DNA from: a virus
Lineage: Duplodnaviria > Caudoviricetes
Length of the DNA: 58,629 nucleotides
Virus record (IMG/VR): IMGVR_UViG_3300017652_000001
Location: 1-58,629 of that record
Strand: one strand, 5' to 3'
The notes below the pieces were generated by a model. The model did not search any database and was not told the DNA's origin. It saw nothing but the letters and a program-made list of their open reading frames with translations. Made by a program: the position numbers and the translations under genes. This document shows, in pieces, positions 44,888 to 52,641 of the stretch (its first letter is position 1; every line of letters starts with the position of its first letter).

Positions 44888-47374
44888 ATGCCTGATATTT
44901 CCGAAAAATTCTGGACCGAACAAGACGACCGGAACACCGAGAGCCAACCGAACGGCTGGCCCGGGAACATGCCGGCTCAGATCGATACGGTCGGCCGGAT
45001 GATGATGGGGGCCGTCAAGCGGTCGTGGCGTCGATCGAACCCATATTACCAGACGACGGGGACGAATGACGATTACGTCGTTGAGCCGGATGTGTCCTTT
45101 CCGCGCTTCAACGATTTCGAAGTTCTTCGACTGCGGGTCGACCGCGCCAACACTACTACGGCGCCAACGCTGCAGTTCGGCGAATGGCCGCTTGGGCAGA
45201 TCCGCAAGGTCTCGTCAACCGGCGTGATAGACCTCGCCCCCGGGGACATCGTAGCGGGGGCTGATCATCAATTCTGGTATGATGGCTTACAGTTCATCCT
45301 CGCCAATCCCGGCACACTTGATCCAGGCATTGATGCCAATCTCATGCATCGATCTGCCAATCTGGCCGACGTCGAAGACGTGGAGGAAGCGCGTGACAAT
45401 CTTGGACTAGGTACGGCCGCCACGGCGAACGCTGATGAATTTGCCACTGCGGCTCAAGGAGCCCTTGCCGATACCGCCCTTCAGGTCGTCACCGATGCCG
45501 ATCTCGCCGCCCCTGCGAATATCACTTACCTGAACCAGACCGAAACCACGTTGGATTTCTACGGCGGAGACGTGGTGGAGATGTTCAGCGTCTCGCCTGC
45601 CCGAAAGTTCTCCATCGGAGCGGGGAATATCGAATTCGATGAAGTGTTCTCCATCCCAGCCGGCGCACAGTTGAGCATCGAAAACGGGGCGATATTCATC
45701 CCGACATTCGAGCCTGTCGGCACTGCAAGGGCTACCCCACTGATTACGCTCGGCGCTGGCGTCTGCGCCAACTACCTCAAGATGCAGTTGGACACAGGGA
45801 TCAACACCATCCGTAAGGGGCTCCAGGTCGGCGATAACAGCCAGATCGGCTATATCGAATGCACATCCGCCGACTTGAACAACAACCGGACAGAATCAGG
45901 GTCGACCGACCTAATCTCTGGCGCTGTCATCATCACCGGTCAACACGTCCGCATCGACCAAATGGTTCTTTCACGTTTCGATCGCGGGTGGACAGTTGTC
46001 GACAGCACTGACGTTCAGATCGGACATATTCGTAATCTCGAAACGCTGATGGGCGGATACGTTCATGGCACTCGTGATCTTCATGTTTCCGGTGGTTACT
46101 CAACTGGCGCAAGTGTAGCCGATGCCGCTACTTTGAGCCGAGGGCCAATGACGCCTGGCTTGAATTCCCTTGTCTTGGCCGGGTGTTCCGATAGCTCATT
46201 CTCCAACTGGTATTCGTTCGACATTTTGGAGCATGCGGTACGTGTCGGCGGCGTAGCATCCGGAACGACTGTGCCGAATCACCGGATTGGGTTCATCAAT
46301 CACCAGCATTATCGCCCCTACGGATGCGGGTTTAAATGCGACGACGGGGACACGTTTAATATAAAGCGCATCCTTATACAGGGGCTCTACACAGAGGACG
46401 TTGGGCACGACAACTGGTTCGGGAGCCCGGGTTATCAAAATTGGTCGTCCGGAGGCGTCAACAACCCAGCTTCCGACAACGACGGCAATAAGGCCGGGTG
46501 TGCTATCCGCAACTCCCAATATGTAACTTTGCAAGGCTATTCCAACAAGAGCAGTCAATATGCGAACAGCGGTTATTTTGGCCTATGGATTGAGCGCTCG
46601 AACTATGTCCAGGGATCAAACATCGATGTTGAGAAGGCTCTCCATGAAGGGGTCGTTGTTCAATCGGGCGGCTCTACGTCGCCTGACCGTATTGAGCTTC
46701 GTGGTGTTGCTGCCCGTGACAATGGTGGTTCCGGCGTAAAACTGGATGCTACGCCGGCCAATACGACATGGCGCGGGACGCAGGTCATAGGCATCGATAG
46801 CCAACTGAATGCGGGCTACGGTGTCGAGATCACCGCTAGGCAGGACGGAGCGTCACCCTATGCCACCCTCACTTCTCGCATAGAAGGATGGGTTCGCGGC
46901 AACACCCTTGGCGGGATATCGCTCAACGCCAACGTAGCGGCTGATCCTGACTTTGTGGACGATACAGAAGAGACGGGGACGTTCACGCCGAGCATTACAT
47001 TCGCGACCCCTGGTGACCTGGCTCTTACGGCCGTGACTGCAAGCGGTAGATGGACGAGAAAAGGCCGCAGGGTTTATGTGGAGCTTTCCTATACTGGAAC
47101 GCCGACATACACGACTGCCTCAGGCGATTTCCGGCTTACAGGACTGCCATTCGCAGCGGCAGGCGGCCTAAGCACCTTCAACATCCAAGGCTCTGGCGTA
47201 TTTACGTGGCCTGCCAGCCGCACTCAGGTGTTTGTGCTTCCTATTTCTGGACAAACATACTGCAACGTTCGCGGTCTCGGCACTAACATCGCCAATTCTA
47301 CGGCATTCGCTGTCTCCGAAGTCCCAAGCGGGACGGCCGTAACCCTGAATTTTGCAGGCGAGTATCGCATCTGA
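44888..47374 (+). CDS. Tailspike with probable parallel beta-helix (polysaccharide depolymerase-like)
   Basis: NLADV....ARDNLGLGTAAT neck, N/G/I-rich repeats, C-terminal EETGTFTP..GRWTRKGRRVYV..GLPF. Confidence 0.8.
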   Translation: MPDISEKFWTEQDDRNTESQPNGWPGNMPAQIDTVGRMMMGAVKRSWRRSNPYYQTTGTNDDYVVEPDVSFPRFNDFEVLRLRVDRANTTTAPTLQFGEWPLGQIRKVSSTGVIDLAPGDIVAGADHQFWYDGLQFILANPGTLDPGIDANLMHRSANLADVEDVEEARDNLGLGTAATANADEFATAAQGALADTALQVVTDADLAAPANITYLNQTETTLDFYGGDVVEMFSVSPARKFSIGAGNIEFDEVFSIPAGAQLSIENGAIFIPTFEPVGTARATPLITLGAGVCANYLKMQLDTGINTIRKGLQVGDNSQIGYIECTSADLNNNRTESGSTDLISGAVIITGQHVRIDQMVLSRFDRGWTVVDSTDVQIGHIRNLETLMGGYVHGTRDLHVSGGYSTGASVADAATLSRGPMTPGLNSLVLAGCSDSSFSNWYSFDILEHAVRVGGVASGTTVPNHRIGFINHQHYRPYGCGFKCDDGDTFNIKRILIQGLYTEDVGHDNWFGSPGYQNWSSGGVNNPASDNDGNKAGCAIRNSQYVTLQGYSNKSSQYANSGYFGLWIERSNYVQGSNIDVEKALHEGVVVQSGGSTSPDRIELRGVAARDNGGSGVKLDATPANTTWRGTQVIGIDSQLNAGYGVEITARQDGASPYATLTSRIEGWVRGNTLGGISLNANVAADPDFVDDTEETGTFTPSITFATPGDLALTAVTASGRWTRKGRRVYVELSYTGTPTYTTASGDFRLTGLPFAAAGGLSTFNIQGSGVFTWPASRTQVFVLPISGQTYCNVRGLGTNIANSTAFAVSEVPSGTAVTLNFAGEYRI

Positions 47375-47578
47375 TCAGTGCCCTTTTAACGTCCTCACGA
47401 CGCCGAGGGACGCATTCATGAGTGCGGCGGCGTCCTTCTGGTCTGCCGCAGCCTCAATCCACTGCTCAACCGTTTCCTTGGGCACGCCTTGTCTTTCAGC
47501 GATGCTGGCGACGATCCGTTCCACGGCTGCAATCCGGAGGTGAAGGAAAAGGAAGGCGTTGTCTTCTGGTCTAGGCAA
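47375..47578 (-). CDS. Small hypothetical protein
   Basis: TTG start with GGAG RBS; divergent from the GT gene. Confidence 0.5.
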   Translation of the reverse strand: MPRPEDNAFLFLHLRIAAVERIVASIAERQGVPKETVEQWIEAAADQKDAAALMNASLGVVRTLKGH

Positions 47579-47634
47579 GTTTCAGCATCTCCTATATAGG
47601 GTCTCTTTCAGCGGAATAGCGGGTCTGGAGGAGT

Positions 47635-48510
47635 ATGGCAACGTGGGCAGTCGTGACTACGGTACGCGCACCGGAGCATCACGTTAAAAGGTTCATCAAG
47701 CACTATCTCGATGCTGGCGCGCGCCGTATCTACATCTTTTTTGATGACCCGGATTTTGCCTTCCCACAGAACGACGACAGGTTGAAGCAAGTCGTCTGTG
47801 ACGGGGAATATTGGAAGAACGGTCGGCCGGGCTCGATCGAGGATAGGCAGAGGTTTAATGCTCGCCGCGCCCTGAAATGGTCCGATTCCGATTGGCTTTT
47901 CCATTGTGACGCCGACGAGCTTGTGACCGGTCATGGGCCGATATCGGCTGCCTTGGCAACGGTCCCAGGGAATGTCGCCTCTGTTCTGGTGCCCCCGTAT
48001 GAGGCTGTTTACGTTCACGAGCCAAGCCAGCAAGATGCATTCGACACGCGCTATTTCAAGCGCCCGATGAAAGTAGAGACGGGATATCACCCGATCGTCT
48101 GGGAATGCTTCGGCCCCTTAAGCCGAATGACGACGGGAGGATTTTGGGGACACCTGAGAGGGAAGTCCTTCTACCGTAAGGCATTTTGCGATTTCATCCC
48201 GATCCATCGGTTCGAGGAATCGATCAACGGGCACCTCGTCAGCTATGAGGTGCCGGGGATGAAATTGCTCCATTTCGACACCCTGACCTTCATCGACTGG
48301 AAGGAAAAGAGCCTGAGACGGCTTGACGGCGCGGTTCTGGCGAAGGAAATGGGAGGGCGTCGCGAGCAGCAGATCGAGGCCGTCAGAAACGCGAGAGACA
48401 AATGGGGCGAGTGGGGTCTTCACGATCTTTACCGTCGGATGGCGGTTTTCGATGGCGATCTTATGCGAAAGGCGATTGAGGCGGGTTTCGTAGTAGAGGT
48501 TGATCGGTAA
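47635..48510 (+). CDS. GT-A fold glycosyltransferase (GT2/GT92-like)
   Basis: FIKHYL..GA..IYIFFDDP, RQ..N, WLFHCDADE, GH..GKS, LLHFD; GGAGGAG RBS. Confidence 0.85.
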   Translation: MATWAVVTTVRAPEHHVKRFIKHYLDAGARRIYIFFDDPDFAFPQNDDRLKQVVCDGEYWKNGRPGSIEDRQRFNARRALKWSDSDWLFHCDADELVTGHGPISAALATVPGNVASVLVPPYEAVYVHEPSQQDAFDTRYFKRPMKVETGYHPIVWECFGPLSRMTTGGFWGHLRGKSFYRKAFCDFIPIHRFEESINGHLVSYEVPGMKLLHFDTLTFIDWKEKSLRRLDGAVLAKEMGGRREQQIEAVRNARDKWGEWGLHDLYRRMAVFDGDLMRKAIEAGFVVEVDR

Positions 48511-49196
48511 TGCGTTTACCACTGAAAGCAATGAATGGCGAGGAACTAGCCTGGACACTCCTCCGCGACAGAGGGTTCCGGGTTCATTGGGGGCAGTCGG
48601 GGGAAGATGCTGTTCTTGAGCGGGTGTTTGATCGCAAGAAGAACGGCTTCTACGTGGATATCGGGTGTCACCACCCCAGGGAGTTGTCGAACACCTACGT
48701 CCTTCACCGGTTCTATGACTGGAGCGGGATCAACGTCGATGCCAGCCCGGAATCCATTCGTCTCTTCAACGAGGCGCGACCGAAGGATATCAACATCAAC
48801 ACGCTGATTGGCGAGGGTAAAGAAGAGGTCGAATTCGTCCTTTTCAAGGATCTCGCCAGAAGCACCGCCGATGCGGCGACGATCAACGACCTGAAGCGTC
48901 GGGGCTTTGCGATCGTATCCACCACCAAAATGCGGCCTCGCACACTCAAGTCCATTCTTGACGAGCATGTAAAACGGGGTCAGGAAATCGATCTTCTGAG
49001 CGTCGATATCGAGAGCTTCGATCTTGCTGCGCTCAAAACGTCCGACTGGTCGAAATACCGCCCGAAGGTCGTATGCGTCGAGGACCATGCTTTCAAGCAT
49101 CAGGACGGCGAAACCGAGATCAGGGCATACATGCGGAGCATCGATTACAAGATCGCCTCGCATTGCTTCGATACCTCGATCTATTCGAGGGGTTAA
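48510..49196 (+). CDS. FkbM-family SAM methyltransferase
   Basis: QSGED, GFYVDIGCHHP..SNT, WSGINVD, IDLLSVDIE, RPKVVCVE. Confidence 0.9.
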   Translation: MRLPLKAMNGEELAWTLLRDRGFRVHWGQSGEDAVLERVFDRKKNGFYVDIGCHHPRELSNTYVLHRFYDWSGINVDASPESIRLFNEARPKDININTLIGEGKEEVEFVLFKDLARSTADAATINDLKRRGFAIVSTTKMRPRTLKSILDEHVKRGQEIDLLSVDIESFDLAALKTSDWSKYRPKVVCVEDHAFKHQDGETEIRAYMRSIDYKIASHCFDTSIYSRG

Positions 49197-49200
49197 CCAA

Positions 49201-49614
49201 ATGCCTAAATACATCCCGCTTCAGACCGGCTTGAACGTAGACGCCTCGAAAATGTCGCTTGCCGGCACGCGCCAAAAGGGCTTCGCATTTTTCGCTGATT
49301 ACGCGGATTCTGAAGCGGGATCGATTATCCGGGTGTCATTCCAGAAGACGTTTATCTTCAAGGTCGCCGTCAGCGTCGATACGCCGTATGAGGAAAAGAC
49401 ACCGATCGAAGGGCTCGTGAAAAACCACTTCGGATACATGATGTGGCATTCCTTCTTCTGGGAAATCCATAAGGAGTCCATCGAAAGCGCTGACGAGAAG
49501 CTGCGGCATTACAGGTTCGTTACACCTGAGAGCTGCCTGGATATCATCGCGAGCACAGACCCATATATCCGGCCGATCATCACTGGTTCTGTCGCCCAAC
49601 CGGTACAGCAGTAA
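49201..49614 (+). CDS. Hypothetical protein
   Basis: GAGGG RBS; third gene of the GT operon. Confidence 0.65.
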   Translation: MPKYIPLQTGLNVDASKMSLAGTRQKGFAFFADYADSEAGSIIRVSFQKTFIFKVAVSVDTPYEEKTPIEGLVKNHFGYMMWHSFFWEIHKESIESADEKLRHYRFVTPESCLDIIASTDPYIRPIITGSVAQPVQQ

Positions 49615-50350
49615 AGATCAGTAGGCCGACGAACAGCGTGATTGCGCTGACCCAGGCGAGATAGGCGAGGTCGCCGCCATCAGAGCCGATCTGCTTGTAG
49701 AAGCCTTCGCGGAAAATGATGATGATCTGTGTTATCGGGTTATCGAGAATGAAGTCTCGATAGGGTGAAGGCAGTGACATGGGGATATAAAAGACCCCGG
49801 AGATCATGAACAGCGGCCTTGACGCGATTTCGAAGACCTTTTCGTAAATGGGGAAACGGACGAATAGCACGATATTCGCCAGCGATATTCCCAACGCGAA
49901 ACACCAAGCGAGGAAGGTGGATTCCAGCACTGGGGCCCAATTCACCTCAAGAGGGTAACGGTCAAACGAAGCGGTCCCCCAAATAATGACAATGGCCACG
50001 ACGGTTGATGTGAGGGCCTGAAGCCAGAACCTCGCAATGACCGCATCGATTGGAGCGACCTTCGGGTAAAGCATCAGGCTCTTATTGGAGCCAATGGCGG
50101 ACGTAACATACAGGTGCATGCCTCTGTACATGTTGAACGGCACCCACCCGGTCGCGAAGAAGAGCAGAAAATTATCGCCAAGCGCGGGAGTTCTGGCAAC
50201 TCCGCCGGCGACGAAACTCATGATCGCTATATAGCCTACCGGCTCAAGGATGGCCCAAAGATAGCCTCCTGACGTTCTGCTATATCGCGTCGCCATTTCT
50301 CGCAGCAGGAAGGCAGCGACGGTGCGGGCGTGGGCTTTCAGGTGATACAC
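49580..50350 (-). CDS. kpsM: Capsular polysaccharide ABC exporter permease (KpsM/RkpT-like)
   Basis: AFLLREMATRY...GGYLWAILEP, YPKVAPIDAVIAR, RPLFMISGVFY..LP, NPI..I..FREGFY; six TM segments. Confidence 0.9.
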   Translation of the reverse strand: MYHLKAHARTVAAFLLREMATRYSRTSGGYLWAILEPVGYIAIMSFVAGGVARTPALGDNFLLFFATGWVPFNMYRGMHLYVTSAIGSNKSLMLYPKVAPIDAVIARFWLQALTSTVVAIVIIWGTASFDRYPLEVNWAPVLESTFLAWCFALGISLANIVLFVRFPIYEKVFEIASRPLFMISGVFYIPMSLPSPYRDFILDNPITQIIIIFREGFYKQIGSDGGDLAYLAWVSAITLFVGLLIFTAVPVGRQNQ

Positions 50351-50356
50351 GGTAAT

Positions 50357-50485
50357 TCATCCTTCTTTAGGATGATCTGGCGCGGCACGCGAGTCCTTAT
50401 CCTCGGTTTTTGCAGCCAGTAGAGACTCCAAGAGCTTGAGGTTTTTTGGCTTTTTCTTCTGATCTTCATTATTTTGTATGGCCAC
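50357..50485 (-). CDS. 42-aa charged peptide upstream of kpsM (not in the ORF track)
   Basis: AAGGA RBS, GTG start; MAIQNNEDQKKKPKNLKLLESLLAAK...; stop 6 nt before kpsM. Confidence 0.45.
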   Translation of the reverse strand: MAIQNNEDQKKKPKNLKLLESLLAAKTEDKDSRAAPDHPKEG

Positions 50486-50568
50486 GGCTGTTTCCTTTCC
50501 GGTCTCGGCCGGCCCACAAAAACCGGACAGACGCCCATCGTCAAGCGGTAAGCGTTCTTATGCAACCC

Positions 50569-50616
50569 TTGATCGATCTATGAAACGAAACTAAGATCCT
50601 CCTCACAATGGAGGAT
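50569..50616 (+). promoter_or_regulatory. Sigma70-like promoter with overlapping palindrome
   Basis: TTGATC-N17-TAAGAT; ATCCTCC-N7-GGAGGAT at 50596-50616. Confidence 0.55.
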
Positions 50617-50619
50617 TGC

Positions 50620-50958
50620 ATGCTGGAAAAAATCGGCACGCCTGGGAATGAAAGCCTTTCTCGCCCTCAATACACCACCATCGCCAACGTCAAGAAGTTA
50701 CTGGAGATAAACGGGGACCCGATTATTGCGGATAGGCTTCTGAAGGTCGGCGGAACCATGGACCTCGATGATTATCATTGGACATTTGCTGGGTCGCGCT
50801 CCATGAAAGCCGTGCGTCACAGATATATGACGCCGGAGCAAGAAGAGGCGAAGCAGGTGAAGATGGTTGTCGATACATTCATCAACGGAATCAAGCGGTG
50901 GGAGGTTCTTGTCGAGAACCGCATCTATCGAAAACTCGCGGATGTTTATGCTGAATGA
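50620..50958 (+). CDS. Hypothetical protein
   Basis: GGAGG RBS; 112 aa. Confidence 0.7.
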   Translation: MLEKIGTPGNESLSRPQYTTIANVKKLLEINGDPIIADRLLKVGGTMDLDDYHWTFAGSRSMKAVRHRYMTPEQEEAKQVKMVVDTFINGIKRWEVLVENRIYRKLADVYAE

Positions 50959-51164
50959 GTGAAGGTCGGTTCAGCCTCAAGATCACTCCCGGCCCCGGCG
51001 GTCTCTTCTGCGCCGTAAAGGTGACCGGGATGGCGGCCGATGAAGCCCTTACCGAAAGCGTCCCGATCGGCCGTTTAGATGATGAGATAGAAAACCTGAT
51101 CTCAGAACTCAACGAACTTAGACGGCGAGCGCGAGAATTCACGGACGCGCTTAAGCCGCACTAA
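50955..51164 (+). CDS. Hypothetical protein
   Basis: ATGA coupling; C-terminal coiled coil. Confidence 0.65.
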   Translation: MSEGRFSLKITPGPGGLFCAVKVTGMAADEALTESVPIGRLDDEIENLISELNELRRRAREFTDALKPH

Positions 51165-51167
51165 TAC

Positions 51168-51192
51168 AGCCCCGCTTCGGCGGGGTTTTCCT
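51168..51192 (+). terminator. Rho-independent terminator
   Basis: AGCCCCGC-TTCG-GCGGGGTT followed by TTCCT. Confidence 0.85.
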
Positions 51193-51292
51193 TTGCGCGG
51201 CGTAACCGCGCCGTTCCTTCATCAACATCGGAGAAACCTATGACCCGACGCATCCGTGCGGCGGCGCTCCTGCATGCGCGGGAGGCTGGCCT

Positions 51293-52246
51293 ATGATCAC
51301 GCAAACCGATCTGCGCAAGATCAGCAAGAGCAAGTCGCCAAAGACGAACCTGCTCGATGCGATCACCGCGATTGCCGATCAGTTCAAGCCTCACCAGTTC
51401 GCGCACGTCCTGGCACAGGTGATGCACGAAAGCGGCGGCCTGTTCTATGATCGGGAGGTGTGGGGGCCGACAGAGGCCCAGAAGCGCTATGAAGGTCGCA
51501 AGGATCTCGGCAACACCCAGAAGGGCGACGGTTCGAAATTCCGCGGCTATGGACCGATGCAGGTCACCGGCCGCGCCAATGTCACCGAGTTCTTCAACTG
51601 GTGCAAAAAGCGCGGGCTCAATCCTCCGAGCTTCGTCGAGAAGCCTGAACTGATCGCCACGTCGCCGTGGGCCGGCTGGTCCGTCGTCTGGTATTGGTCG
51701 ACGCGGAACCTCAACCAGTATGCCGACGCCAACGATATCGAGATGATCACCCGCAAGGTGAACGGTGGCCTCACCGGCTACGAGGACAGGCTGAGCTATT
51801 ACGACCGATCGGCGCTCGTCATGCTCGGATACGATCCGACAGACATCCGCGGGTTCCAGTCATGTGCTGGCCTCGCTGTCGATGGAGTGAGCGGCCCGCA
51901 GACGAGGGCAGCGATGCACCGGCAGCTTGTCGCGCTCGTGCCGGCGGAAGCTTCGCGGCCAGAGGTAAAGGCTGCTCCTGTGGTCGAAGAGACGACTGTC
52001 GAAGTCCCGAAGCCCGTCGTTCCGGAGAAGGTCGAAAAGGAAGTCCGCAGCAAGACAAACTGGATCACCGGCATATTCGGAACCGGCGGCGCTGCAACTG
52101 CCATTGCCACCTGGCTCGCCGGCATGGACCGGGATGCCTTGATCCTGATGGGCATCATCTTCGTCGTGTCAATGGCCACCATCCTGATCGGCGGGGAATG
52201 GATCGTGCGGCGGGTGAAGTCGATCCGCCGGGAAATCGAGGCGTGA
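51293..52246 (+). CDS. Endolysin: GH19 domain, PG-binding motif and C-terminal TM helices
   Basis: AQVMHESGG, GDGSKFRGYGPMQVTGRAN, ITRKVNGG, GLAVDGVSGPQT. Confidence 0.9.
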   Translation: MITQTDLRKISKSKSPKTNLLDAITAIADQFKPHQFAHVLAQVMHESGGLFYDREVWGPTEAQKRYEGRKDLGNTQKGDGSKFRGYGPMQVTGRANVTEFFNWCKKRGLNPPSFVEKPELIATSPWAGWSVVWYWSTRNLNQYADANDIEMITRKVNGGLTGYEDRLSYYDRSALVMLGYDPTDIRGFQSCAGLAVDGVSGPQTRAAMHRQLVALVPAEASRPEVKAAPVVEETTVEVPKPVVPEKVEKEVRSKTNWITGIFGTGGAATAIATWLAGMDRDALILMGIIFVVSMATILIGGEWIVRRVKSIRREIEA

Positions 52247-52247
52247 G

Positions 52248-52499
52248 ATGTTCGGCCTCTTCGATTACCTCAAGCTTGGGGCAGGGGCCATCGTCGGCGC
52301 TGCCCTGATGACGACTCCCGCCTACTTCTACGGCAAGAGCGCAGAACGCCAAGCGGCCAAGATCGAGGAAGCGAAAAACGCCCTCGAACGCATTCAAACC
52401 CTGGAGAAGAACAATGCGAACTTCCGTGCTCTATCGGATCGCGACCGTTGCCTTGTGTTCATGCGTGATAGCGGCCTGCCAGAGCAAGAGTGCGACTGA
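52248..52499 (+). CDS. i-spanin (Rz-like)
   Basis: N-terminal TM, coiled coil, C-terminal Cys; follows the endolysin. Confidence 0.7.
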   Translation: MFGLFDYLKLGAGAIVGAALMTTPAYFYGKSAERQAAKIEEAKNALERIQTLEKNNANFRALSDRDRCLVFMRDSGLPEQECD

Positions 52500-52632
52500 C
52501 GGTTCCGGTTATCAGATCGTCCGCTTCTCTGATGCTGTCGCCGCCCGTGCTGCTTCGCAGGACGCGACGGCCGGACCGGCGATCTCGTCCAACAATGATC
52601 AGTGCCGGCGCGATGTCGGCTGCCGCAAGTGA
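52414..52632 (+). CDS. o-spanin lipoprotein (Rz1-like)
   Basis: Overlaps the i-spanin; IAAC lipobox; two C-terminal Cys. Confidence 0.7.
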   Translation: MRTSVLYRIATVALCSCVIAACQSKSATDGSGYQIVRFSDAVAARAASQDATAGPAISSNNDQCRRDVGCRK

Positions 52633-52641
52633 GGCCCGCTG

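Noticed and set aside
50338-50565. 75-aa ORF upstream of kpsM
   Set aside because: No RBS; the 42-aa ORF in another frame has a better start context
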